Notes: a model not told the origin generated them from the sequence alone. A DNA stretch of 53,011 nt from an uncultured Candidatus Poseidoniales archaeon (GCA_964645485.1 CAZXZO010000013.1:1-53011); one strand, 5' to 3'. Counted from the first letter of the stretch, positions 41,101 to 48,499 are shown. Made by a program: numbers and translations.

Positions 41101-44033
41101 CAGGAATTATTGCAAGGGACGGTGCTGGCCTTCTACCACAGGTTCAACTGAGTATTGATGGCTTCACAAATAATTTCCAAGTTTCTAACGCAATAGCTCA
41201 ACCAAATGGGACATGGATTGCAGTCGTTACTTTGGATTCAGACTTCCCACGTGGGTCACACCTACTAACAGCAAGTTATACTCCAACTGTGAATTATTAT
41301 CTCAGTTCTAGTGGCAATAATACATTTGATAGCCGTGGTTATTCTGTAATCAGTATTTTGACGCCAGAAAATCTCGATCCAGATTACAGAACTGTACGAG
41401 GAGATAATGTAAGCGTTCAAGTGATGCTGCAAGATAACACATTAGCGGTTATTCCTAACGCCACTATTACAGTAGAATTCCCTACCCTAAATATTTCAAC
41501 AACAGTAGTTACTGACGTCAACGGAACTGCATGGGCACTACTGAATGTGCCATCAACAATCGCACCTGGTCCTTTGTCAATCAATGCCAGTTACCTTGGC
41601 ATGCCTGGAACTACAGGGGTACTTGGAGATGAGGATACTACAATGGTCATCATCTTAGCACCAACAGTAATCACAATTGATTCAGTGGAGGGTAACTTCG
41701 TTGCAGGCGATTTGATTTGGGTTAATGGAACCCTACTTGATGAGCATGGCAACTTGTTGCAAACTGGAGGAGTTCCTGCAGCGAGTATTTTGCACTTAGC
41801 AGTTGACGGTAACGATACGGGGGCATTCATCGAATCTAATGCGTCTACTGGTACTTACAGCCTGATGTACACAATGCCAAGCGATACTGCTGCGGGAAGT
41901 CACCTTGTGACAATTTTCTTCAATGGCGGATTTATGTGGGTTGACCCAATAGGTCAAGGAGACTCTACCAACCCAGAATTCTATCTGAATTCATCAGCAG
42001 AACAGTGGGTAAACATCAGTGTTCCAACATACATCGTTCTGCTAGGTGGCGGAGGCGATGTAGACAGAGAAGGATTACTCATCATTGATGGTACTCTGTT
42101 TGATATCGTTGACAACAGATTGGCAAACGAAACCCTAGAAGTTTGGTTCGACAACTCATGGCTAACAAATGTTACAACAGACAGTGAGGGCAATTTCCAG
42201 GTTTACTATCCTGTGCCAGCAGATTCACCGCTTGGTCCACAAATGATGGAGATGAGGTTTACAGGCTCAACCTTCTACTTACCTTCTGTTGCGAACACCT
42301 CATGGAATGTGTATAGTGCTGTTAATGTAGATATGGTTCTACCTACTGAGATTGCTATCAATGACAATATCACTATTCAAGGAACAGTAAGAGATAACCT
42401 GCCTGACGGCTGGCTTTTGAATCACTCACTTGAAGTTCGGTTCAACGGCACTCTCTTGGGAACAGTGTACTCTGATTCTAATGGTGTATGGACAATTGAG
42501 TGGACAATTCCTAACAACATTGGACTTGGCTCACACCCAGTTGAAATCTATGCTCCAGCCCAGGGTTGGTATCGAGAAGCAAGTGCAAACGGAACAATTT
42601 GGGTTGCTCATCATGCTGAACTATTGTTGACTAGTGAAGACAATGGGGACGCAACTCGTGGTACATTCTGGAACGTGTCTGGACGATTATACGATTCTGA
42701 TGCAATTGGTTTACCTGGAATCGAAGGAAGAAGTGTAGACATTTTGCTTGATGGAGTCTTTGTAAACACTGTGACAACTGATTCATTCGGTGAATTCCAG
42801 TTATTGGTGCCTGTTAGCATGGTTTCCGCGCGCGGTGACCACACACTATCTGCACATTACGCAGGAGAGGCATCATGGCTTGCAACCAACTCTACAACAA
42901 CTCTGACAACCTGGTCTGATATCGATTGGCAATTAGTTGAAAACGAGAATATCATCGTTCGTTCTTCATCCTCTCATCCAATAATAATTGAAGGCAGAAT
43001 CCTTGAAGTTGGAGGCAGCGGCAATCCAGTGGACTTGCTTGATCTAGTCCTGTATTGGAATCAGAGTGACCTCGGTATCTCTGAGCAAGTTGTGTGGCTA
43101 TCAGATGGTAGTTTCAGCATTCAATTAACTGCTCCTCAGTATATGACTGCAGGTGATATAACTTTGACTCTACGAGCAATGGAAAATTCCTCTCGTAACT
43201 ACAATGGTGGTCAAATCAATACCACAATATTCGTGGTAATTCCAGTTGACTTTGAAACTGGTGTAGAGGTAGTACCTTACAACGGTGACAGAGTGATTGC
43301 ATGGGTTAAGGGAACTGCAAAAGATACGCAACTACCTGCTGGTGATATTTTGGTAACAGCCGTTCTATACAACGATTCATATGGCCTAAGTAGGACATTA
43401 ACAGGGCGAACCGCAGATAATGGTTCATTCTGGTTTGAGTTCGTTTCAGTTCCACCAATGGCTCCATACGGAGATGGTACAACATATGGCTCACTTTACG
43501 TGCAAATTAATTCAACAGATGAAAAAGTTGCAGAGGATGATAGAGAGCGCCTTGAGACTACAATGGAAGTAGTAGTCCTTTCAGCAGAAACCATCGAAGA
43601 AGGAATCAGTAACTGGTTATATGGCGGATTAATTGCAGCAATTCTTGGTTCAATTGCCTTTGTAGTTTATTGGCGACGTCGTAAGCAATCTGCACTTGCA
43701 GAATTAGCAGATGTGTTTGCATACACAGCCGAACTGTTGGCTGCAGGCGATGAAACAAGAGAGGCGATTTTCAACTGTTATGAAAGCCTCTGTGCAATCC
43801 TAATGCGACATCGCTTCCTACGACGTGACTTCGAGACAGTTCGTGAATTCGAGATGGCAATTCGTAAGGCATTACCAATCAACGAGGAAGCTCTCGTGGC
43901 TCTGGATAGTGTATTCGAAGAAGCAAGGTACTCCCGACATGAAATGGGTGAGGCTCACAAAACCCAAGCCCAGGACGCACTTGGTCGTGTACTTTCACAA
44001 ATTGATGAACTTGCAGAAGTGCCACTTCGCTGA
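35133..44033 (+). CDS. Giant (2966 aa) surface protein: signal peptide, Ca-binding DxDxDG/TSP3-like repeats, transglutaminase-like domain, Ig-like repeats, TM helix, DUF4129-like tail
   Basis: MRSKAIFLASLMIL signal; many D-x-D-x-D-G repeats; GSCSEY...ARIAGIPARTVTGY...WIPIDP; C-terminal TM, RRRK, ETVREF...FEEARYS. Confidence 0.88.
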   Translation: MRSKAIFLASLMILTSLAALEFAAWEAEASTDQDGDGLTCGTEFLLQTQCQDWDSDNDGLPDGWEWQYGLDPNDGSSLGSNGASGDPDGDSMSNLQEYTYLTPMGWDSSSTPNVLDNGVWWNGTVPVRNWNEEDAMQVNQPACGAAGSDGNGSSVILCDEDPPGDICNDGIDNDRDGLVDQADPDNDGDQVCGSDDDDGDGLSDEDPDGWDTDGDGLPDGWEVANGLNATNPTGIDGMMGDPDGDGLVNVQEYVNPSWTTTNSGTPYFMSGNPQTQQATENVNPCNPLFGCLAQTASVDQDTDTDPWDNDTDNDGLEDGWEALTILTDPTSADTDGDGIEDGVEANTSTYGDPPQHSDPRDNNTDGDQFDDGDEDKNGNGRVDSNETDPTRREDAGDFDNDGIDNWIENLSCTLWNVYDTDFGGVGDGDESNLSHSTDPCMSMIDFSTTLDTATQPGGYSGSLQRLYLTDASGFDTTPIDWRTQNGATGYYNDSSGVLTSFTYGAVVNNVLFGVVTPPPANTVEVISKNGSWCHFEGSNAGSLGTTHAHCDDDYEDSDGDGLADWEETLSIWGWFSISTAYDSDGDGQNDLDEILNSTDPMEPCDNTLDSDGDLLNDYFENTTGCDLMFVPGMGAGNGSTDAYVTDYLDIDTDNGGVVDSQEYLDGTNPQNDPSDDMNPADTDGDGIPDNIENQTGTDWRNPDTDGGGMSDYDECPPQFWQDCHLSPQNPWDPTDDINPNEIAFFANNTTSTGAGVDTDSIHRWRVKTYDFYTGGAYGINTSLVTEQQLTAGDTNTYQVANNTFWNSTEMWMLDYVQPIQPGGTLPQPAHTIEYMSWFDSTAELNQTNHTRDIRVSVTAVGGMMVSAPEVFYTDTELQSGVEFPSPYATDVPDYFTDFTMMESIVSNITHGVITDSGAVSAWDKVQALKNYLSEQDTNVTDPDFKLNFDGSGAPNIEDVTRFILEDAREGSCSEYVTTFTTMARIAGIPARTVTGYTNGVWHGTGYMVMGTNWDTWSEVHLEQSGTNLDMGWIPIDPCPPAEEVQFINESVNPLTFERDLSSGFIFINGSLQFTNNSTGAVDALVNAYLVSANDTTPMDPSALNEDSRIRAILTDQSGNFSINGTPAIMPDPGYAKVVVESRQGGYVPYSFQVYAVTLNITDDVNLTLTGPDPIGAPIVGAGTTTTITGNMLWDAQPQTDPSLTGNFTVELTYPSSVLSANVTLQAPVWTDGFFSFDVTLSDLEVQGLRQASISFAGWHEGNLNVGPTPIYHARPGTLNFTMNVSAAPNMTATIEGPGANNSLLVINEDIYVNGTVVTRGASPAPMDGYISLMLRSNGTNTSYTNITTWPVTNGSYNIVWNLNGTDVPVGPGYLDVQLLFGQGIPGASDQDDFIGYGLRSEVTMSFNLGSVGRGEMASVMVSLTDHTGSATLPFNGTYLMTFNGALVNTTVDPVADWITSEFTPSPTLAAGDYWWNISYDGFVGGNAGSEWFKPANASGLLLVTGTATLSINLAQEWTHLGGTTVISGTITDDVLGTPILWNTSDVQFSIALPGTGPTGPNGEPPLPLFIPLGSAWSNQTTGSYSVVVTLPTDLASAAHNLTAVLDFDSFAGPRGSYYFMDTSPAALIGLESELVLTSNITSVIVEAGNPIPFNITVTDVGDGSAVAGETVNFTWGWGSTNTSIGQAVSGTDGVTILNWVVPPTMDPGYYDVRIWMANDTTDPLTAGSTRWWGNETFMNITVQVPSDVVISSVPLNVTAGTSFQLVGTVNDGNNVTRPFSGPVGIEVFFLGDPSETLVASHTTATNGSFNLSVQTDPNNDGITNGNKTLVVSVLDGSNPFYLTGSASSGMLIIGVTDFEQQNPLIPVVVTRGENISFGAVLVEASDNFRLITNTTVSAQFHDTWMPDSMTDSNATALWTYSVPNTQPLGQITVSIYYNATGIWEMHPTSHQIGTISVRSITILVVDNITANPLSGSSFDVTGSLVSDNGSGIIARDGAGLLPQVQLSIDGFTNNFQVSNAIAQPNGTWIAVVTLDSDFPRGSHLLTASYTPTVNYYLSSSGNNTFDSRGYSVISILTPENLDPDYRTVRGDNVSVQVMLQDNTLAVIPNATITVEFPTLNISTTVVTDVNGTAWALLNVPSTIAPGPLSINASYLGMPGTTGVLGDEDTTMVIILAPTVITIDSVEGNFVAGDLIWVNGTLLDEHGNLLQTGGVPAASILHLAVDGNDTGAFIESNASTGTYSLMYTMPSDTAAGSHLVTIFFNGGFMWVDPIGQGDSTNPEFYLNSSAEQWVNISVPTYIVLLGGGGDVDREGLLIIDGTLFDIVDNRLANETLEVWFDNSWLTNVTTDSEGNFQVYYPVPADSPLGPQMMEMRFTGSTFYLPSVANTSWNVYSAVNVDMVLPTEIAINDNITIQGTVRDNLPDGWLLNHSLEVRFNGTLLGTVYSDSNGVWTIEWTIPNNIGLGSHPVEIYAPAQGWYREASANGTIWVAHHAELLLTSEDNGDATRGTFWNVSGRLYDSDAIGLPGIEGRSVDILLDGVFVNTVTTDSFGEFQLLVPVSMVSARGDHTLSAHYAGEASWLATNSTTTLTTWSDIDWQLVENENIIVRSSSSHPIIIEGRILEVGGSGNPVDLLDLVLYWNQSDLGISEQVVWLSDGSFSIQLTAPQYMTAGDITLTLRAMENSSRNYNGGQINTTIFVVIPVDFETGVEVVPYNGDRVIAWVKGTAKDTQLPAGDILVTAVLYNDSYGLSRTLTGRTADNGSFWFEFVSVPPMAPYGDGTTYGSLYVQINSTDEKVAEDDRERLETTMEVVVLSAETIEEGISNWLYGGLIAAILGSIAFVVYWRRRKQSALAELADVFAYTAELLAAGDETREAIFNCYESLCAILMRHRFLRRDFETVREFEMAIRKALPINEEALVALDSVFEEARYSRHEMGEAHKTQAQDALGRVLSQIDELAEVPLR

Positions 44034-44095
44034 TGTCAAGAAGCGGTAACAAGCCGTTTCGATAATCGCTGGGTTTTCGATTAGTGGTGACTAGA

Positions 44096-44584
44096 CTAAC
44101 TCAAGCGATTTAGATCCAGATGAAGTTCGCCACCAACCCAAGTTGCAGTTGCAAGTCGGCTTCCACTTGGTAAGGAGAAAGCCTGTTCAAATTCAGCACC
44201 ATCACGGCTAGAAACATTCAATTTAACTATTGATTTTTCATCGATTTCAGCAGCACTAAGTTTGACTCCTGAAAGTTCACAACCGTGTAGTGGGAATGAT
44301 AGATGGTCGTCAACCAAATCTCCACCAAATTTATTGAGCATAGATTCGGTTGATAAGACTCCAGCAATGCGGTCAAAGTTTGCTTCAACCGGGGCAAATT
44401 GATTTTCCATTGTGGTTTGATGTGTGTCATGAATTTCTTGAAGGTGTCCTAGGTCTGATAGGAAGTCTTGGTGGAGTAATTCAGGAGCAGCACTTAGCCC
44501 CTCAGTAAAGCGTTTATCAGGTACTTTGTTAGCCTTTTCCCTGTCAACTTGGATTGTAATCGGCTGCCACTCCATCTCTCTCAC
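44096..44584 (-). CDS. Hypothetical protein with HSP20/alpha-crystallin-like C-terminal beta pattern
   Basis: FEQAFSLPSG...ATWVGGELHLDL resembles HSP20-type C-terminal strands; GGTGAGG RBS. Confidence 0.65.
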   Translation of the reverse strand: MREMEWQPITIQVDREKANKVPDKRFTEGLSAAPELLHQDFLSDLGHLQEIHDTHQTTMENQFAPVEANFDRIAGVLSTESMLNKFGGDLVDDHLSFPLHGCELSGVKLSAAEIDEKSIVKLNVSSRDGAEFEQAFSLPSGSRLATATWVGGELHLDLNRLS

Positions 44585-44626
44585 CTAACCACTCCGTTGA
44601 GTCCGACCTCATTGAATCCTTCGTGT

Positions 44627-46678
44627 CTAATCATCTCCAATTGCGGGGTCAGGATGACGTTTGAAGAACCGTTTTACATGACGATTCGTTGACTCTTCAC
44701 TTGCCACCGTCAAGATGTTGATATTGGTGGGAAGCAATCGTTTGAATTGGGGCATCAGAAGTCTATCTTCTAGAAGTAAAATGAAGGCTCGGTCGCCCAT
44801 CTTTCGAATTGGCCTACCCATCGCTTGCATAAGTGAGTTTACTGCTGGTTGTTGCACAGCCCAGCGGTAAGATTTCCCACTGCCGAATCGCTCTTCATAG
44901 TAATCTTTCCTTGCTTGTAATTCTTCTGATGGCGGTGGGATTTGAATACCGATGCAAACAACTGCATCTAACAGATTTCGATGGTAATCCACACCTTCTC
45001 CCAGTTTAGCGGAGAAGACACCTGCCAGCAGAATTTTTTCTCCAGCCGACCGTGCCATTTCCATATCGCGTAATAGAGAGTCTATACGGGCTTTTGACCA
45101 CCCTGATTCTTCTTTCAAAACCCGGCGCCCATGCCATATTTCGCCGCCAATAATTTCCTCCAACATTGCATACGACGGGGCGAATACCGCAATATGACCC
45201 GGCGTTGAATTTGAAATTGCGCGAATATGGGAGCGTATTTTCTCAGAATTTTGTGGTCCGCGCCTTTTGTATTTCGATGTCACACCAGTGGCAATCGCCA
45301 CGGGTCGTTTATCGGAGAGGAAGGGTGATGGATACTCTTTGTAGGTGATTGGCCTTGTTTTTGGTAAGGAAAGTAATTCACCGTACATTTCTGGGGGCGA
45401 GAGTGTACCAGACATCAATAGCGCTCCTGCTGCTTGTTCGAACACCGGTCCACTAACAATTCCAGGGTCGAGAAGGTGGGTAGTTAACCGAGAAGCATCT
45501 CCTTTACCATGTGAGAATATGAAGGCCATTGCCCTGTTGTCTCCCAATCTATGAATGAGGGCGAATAATTCAGAAAGCCTAGCGCTAGCGGTTTCTTTTG
45601 CATCATCTAGGTCAGGGTCTAGTTCAACTTCAACGGATTCTAATGTCTCTGCAATCTGATTCAGACTGAGAGTGTTTCCGCTAATATCAGATGATAATGC
45701 TGAGGATAGTAAATTTAGCAACTCTTGGTTTTCTATACGAGCCTCATCAGCCTTTTGCTTGTAAAGAGATTGAGTTTGGGTTCGGAAAAAGCCGGCTAAA
45801 TCAGCGCGAATTCTCTCAATTGCGGCCTTCACGGCTCGTAAATTTGCATAAGTTTCAGGCCTTACATCAAACATTCCTTTCTTTTCTTTATCTTCAAGAG
45901 TTTCAATGTACTCTTCCATTTCAAGTCTCGCTGATAATACCAAATCGTCGTTCAATGTTCTCTGCATTCCTTTAGTGATACGGTCTGGCAGGTTGTGCGC
46001 TTCATCAACTATGATGATGATTTCATCCAATTTAATCCCCATTGCATCGAGTGATGCTTCTCTCACTCGTTCGTGAAAGAGGTGATTGTAATCGCAGACA
46101 ATAATGTCTGCTCCACTAGCACTTTCTCTGGCAACTTTCCAAGGGCAAGTGGCTTTGCTTTGTCCATCTTCTGTATGACTTTTTGAAACTTGAACTAGTT
46201 CATTCACGTGAAGTGGTTGTTGTAGAACCTTCAATCGTAATCCCTCAACTTCGTGGAGATATGGTCGGCAATGCCGGTTTTTTCTTTTGTCAGCACAGAG
46301 GCGAGAAAAAAGTGAAGAAAATTCTTTTCGGATGTCGTCAATACACATTGATTGTTGCCCTACAAGGTCTACTAATTTCACCATACTCTGGCTATCAGTA
46401 CGGCGTTTGTTGATACTCCGGACAGTCTCAACAACGATTCTGTGTTGCGCCTGCCTTCCAGTTAGAAAGAAAATTGTACGATGTTCATTTGATGAAAAGG
46501 AGGCGTCTAGAGCCGCTGACAAAGCAGCAGCAGTTTTACCAATTCCAGTTGGAGCACAAGCAAGATGGCTACCCTTGTTAATCAGCACATCATATGCTTG
46601 GTCAATCAAGTCTGCTTGGCCGGACCGTAATTCTTCATGGGCGAGATAACCCGGAATTCTAGGTTCCTCCACTACCAT
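44627..46678 (-). CDS. xpd: ATP-dependent Fe-S DNA helicase, XPD/Rad3/DinG family
   Basis: Q motif RSGQ, APTGIGKT, four candidate Fe-S Cys (SMC, RLC, RHC, TCP), IVDEAHNL, MSGTLSP, EGVDY, QAMGRPIR. Confidence 0.93.
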   Translation of the reverse strand: MVVEEPRIPGYLAHEELRSGQADLIDQAYDVLINKGSHLACAPTGIGKTAAALSAALDASFSSNEHRTIFFLTGRQAQHRIVVETVRSINKRRTDSQSMVKLVDLVGQQSMCIDDIRKEFSSLFSRLCADKRKNRHCRPYLHEVEGLRLKVLQQPLHVNELVQVSKSHTEDGQSKATCPWKVARESASGADIIVCDYNHLFHERVREASLDAMGIKLDEIIIIVDEAHNLPDRITKGMQRTLNDDLVLSARLEMEEYIETLEDKEKKGMFDVRPETYANLRAVKAAIERIRADLAGFFRTQTQSLYKQKADEARIENQELLNLLSSALSSDISGNTLSLNQIAETLESVEVELDPDLDDAKETASARLSELFALIHRLGDNRAMAFIFSHGKGDASRLTTHLLDPGIVSGPVFEQAAGALLMSGTLSPPEMYGELLSLPKTRPITYKEYPSPFLSDKRPVAIATGVTSKYKRRGPQNSEKIRSHIRAISNSTPGHIAVFAPSYAMLEEIIGGEIWHGRRVLKEESGWSKARIDSLLRDMEMARSAGEKILLAGVFSAKLGEGVDYHRNLLDAVVCIGIQIPPPSEELQARKDYYEERFGSGKSYRWAVQQPAVNSLMQAMGRPIRKMGDRAFILLLEDRLLMPQFKRLLPTNINILTVASEESTNRHVKRFFKRHPDPAIGDD

Positions 46679-46736
46679 GAGTTTGACCGGCGATTCGGAC
46701 GCTCAATAAGGTTGGGTATTATTCATCAAAAATGTG

Positions 46737-46960
46737 AACTCTCCGAACCTATCGGCCAAGGTCTAATTGGGGTGGCCCTGTAAAGGGCCGGGGTATGACG
46801 AACTCAAAGTTCGTCGTGAAGGGGTGTTCCCGCATATGCGGGAACGGGGGTATTTTGTGAATTTGCTACTGATACAACCGAATTGCGGGCGCGAAGACGT
46901 AGATTGAAGATGCCAAGAGTTGGGGCGGGGGGGTTTTTACACCCCCCCTGGTTCTTCTTT
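46737..46960 (+). ncRNA. Candidate structured non-coding RNA (unassigned family)
   Basis: Intergenic and GC-rich; three hairpins each preceded by GGGGT, terminal G7/C7 hairpin followed by a T-rich run, loop-loop complementarity, AT-rich TATTATTCA box ~20-25 nt upstream. Transcription not shown. Confidence 0.55.
46927..46960 (+). terminator. GC hairpin followed by T-rich tract (terminator-like)
   Basis: GGGGGGG-TTTTTACA-CCCCCCC then TGGTTCTTCTTT, between the candidate RNA and the convergent RHH gene. Confidence 0.5.
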
Positions 46961-46995
46961 GTGTGCATCCCATTGCTCACTCTCTCTCACCCTTT

Positions 46996-47367
46996 TTACT
47001 CTGTGTGGTCCTCATGAGAACCTCGAAGATCAATTTCCTTTAGTACATTTAATGCGTCAGGAACTCTGGACCGCATTTTTCCAGTTTCTTGGTCGAGAAG
47101 TAGCCCGATTCCAAGCGCCATTGCAGAACTTGCATCAATTGCCAACATTTGTTCTAATACTTTCAATTGTTGTGATACACCTTCGCTAATTCTGACAGTC
47201 TGGCGGCGACCAACATTTTCAGAAGAAGTCTCGTCTAACAACTTGTGGAGTCCACGGCGTAATACATCGCTGCGATTGCGCATCCCATCAAATCCAACGC
47301 GTCGCTCAATTTCGAGGATTTCTTCCTCTGTGAGGCGCACTGAAATCAGTTGACTTGGGTTGCCCAT
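46996..47367 (-). CDS. Ribbon-helix-helix (CopG/Arc/MetJ) protein, probably two RHH units
   Basis: LISVRLTEEEILEIERRV...NRSDVLRRGLHKLL; second unit RQTVRISEGVSQQL...ASSAMALGIGLLL. Confidence 0.85.
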   Translation of the reverse strand: MGNPSQLISVRLTEEEILEIERRVGFDGMRNRSDVLRRGLHKLLDETSSENVGRRQTVRISEGVSQQLKVLEQMLAIDASSAMALGIGLLLDQETGKMRSRVPDALNVLKEIDLRGSHEDHTE

Positions 47368-47400
47368 CTGTTCCGCTCCGACTTATCCACTGTGGGTGGG

Positions 47401-47535
47401 GTATATTATACTGTCTTACGAAGTTAATACAATGTAATACAGAGTGGGGCTGAGTGTATTTCAACGTAGTGCAACGTTTTGACTGCTAAAAACGCAAAAA
47501 GTTGAGAAAATTCGGCTCTGTGTATTACACCAGAG
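47401..47535. promoter_or_regulatory. Cluster of TGTA-W-TACA pseudo-palindromic boxes upstream of the RHH gene (putative operator)
   Basis: TGTAATACA 47433-47441; TGTATTACA 47521-47529 flanked by CTCTG/CAGAG; degenerate copies at 47423-47431 and 47455-47463; GTATATTATAC at 47401-47411. Confidence 0.55.
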
Positions 47536-47565
47536 TTGTTCCATCTTCAAAATCACTAAATGAGT

Positions 47566-48000
47566 TCAACTTTCTAATTCATCTCGTAATCGCTTAACGG
47601 CTTTAGCCAAAATCATATGTTTTGTCTTTGCCTCAGTTTCTAATTCTCTAATCAATTCAAGAGGTGAGACCTTCAATCCCCACAAATGGCGTGGCCTGCC
47701 CTTTCCTTGAACAGCACCTTGAGTCGACAAGACCCAACCTCGATAGCGGCATTGTTTCAACCCACTAGAAACCTGGCTAATTGAGAGGCCAGAATCTTTA
47801 GAGAGTTGTTTGATAGTTAGGTTATTATTGTTTGATAATGATGAAACAACTTTGGCTACAGTCAGTGGTTGTCCTGCTGCAGAAATAACTTCGGGGGGGA
47901 TGTTTCCGCTCACTTCCCTCCCCTCCCCATACAAGTGGAACAGGGGGTGGCAATATATGATTTCATGTGAATCATTGATTTCTGCCACCTTTGGAATCAT
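47566..48000 (-). CDS. Winged-HTH transcriptional regulator (archaeal ArsR/MarR-like)
   Basis: LTIKQLSKDSGLSISQVSSGLKQCRYRGWV...GKGRPRHLW. Confidence 0.85.
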   Translation of the reverse strand: MIPKVAEINDSHEIIYCHPLFHLYGEGREVSGNIPPEVISAAGQPLTVAKVVSSLSNNNNLTIKQLSKDSGLSISQVSSGLKQCRYRGWVLSTQGAVQGKGRPRHLWGLKVSPLELIRELETEAKTKHMILAKAVKRLRDELES

Positions 48001-48049
48001 TGAATTTGTTAAGGTCACCGTCAAATAGCGGTGGCGATTGCCGTCAGCC

Positions 48050-48499
48050 ATGGCGAACACCGCGAGTCGTGGATTGATGATTTATCTGAGGACCTTGAAG
48101 GTAGCAATGGAAGATGATATCGTCACAGATGATGAAATGGCAATTCTCGATATTTTGACTCATTCATTAGGTCTGAATGAAGACACTGCCAAGTTCGCTC
48201 ATGCGATTCGAAATCAAATCGAAAAATCGCCGATAACAAGTTCACAAGAAGATGAATGGTCACATCGCCACATTGGTGACGCAACTTGCTACCAATCTGC
48301 ATTAATTGCCGCTCTTGATGATGATGTCATCAGCGATGATGAGATGGCAATGCTTGACTGTTTACGCAGAGCAATGGGTCTTCAACCGAACGAACATGCA
48401 TTGGTAGAAGAATCGATTAAAGTGATGATAGAAAATCAAGGTGATGATCGCTTAATGACAAGACTTGAATCTTACCTTACATCTTTCCCAGGTGTTTGA
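48050..48499 (+). CDS. TerB-like hypothetical protein with internal duplication
   Basis: AMEDDIVTDDEMAILDIL...LGL and ALDDDVISDDEMAMLDCL...MGL. Confidence 0.65.
   Translation: MANTASRGLMIYLRTLKVAMEDDIVTDDEMAILDILTHSLGLNEDTAKFAHAIRNQIEKSPITSSQEDEWSHRHIGDATCYQSALIAALDDDVISDDEMAMLDCLRRAMGLQPNEHALVEESIKVMIENQGDDRLMTRLESYLTSFPGV

Noticed and set aside
41397-42839. Two RGD motifs in the giant protein as integrin ligands
   Set aside because: A tripeptide occurring twice in ~3000 aa is compatible with chance; no supporting context
30412-44033. Genomic island integrated at tRNA-Leu
   Set aside because: These genes lie on the 5' side of the tRNA, with no integrase and no distal direct repeat seen
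46737-46960. SRP RNA, RNase P RNA, 5S rRNA, C/D-box sRNA or ORB replication origin
   Set aside because: No SRP helix-8 or RNase P P4 motifs. The ATGACGA box is sequestered in a hairpin and guide spacing is atypical. G-strings are present, but the TTCCA..GAAAC ORB core and an adjacent cdc6 are absent.
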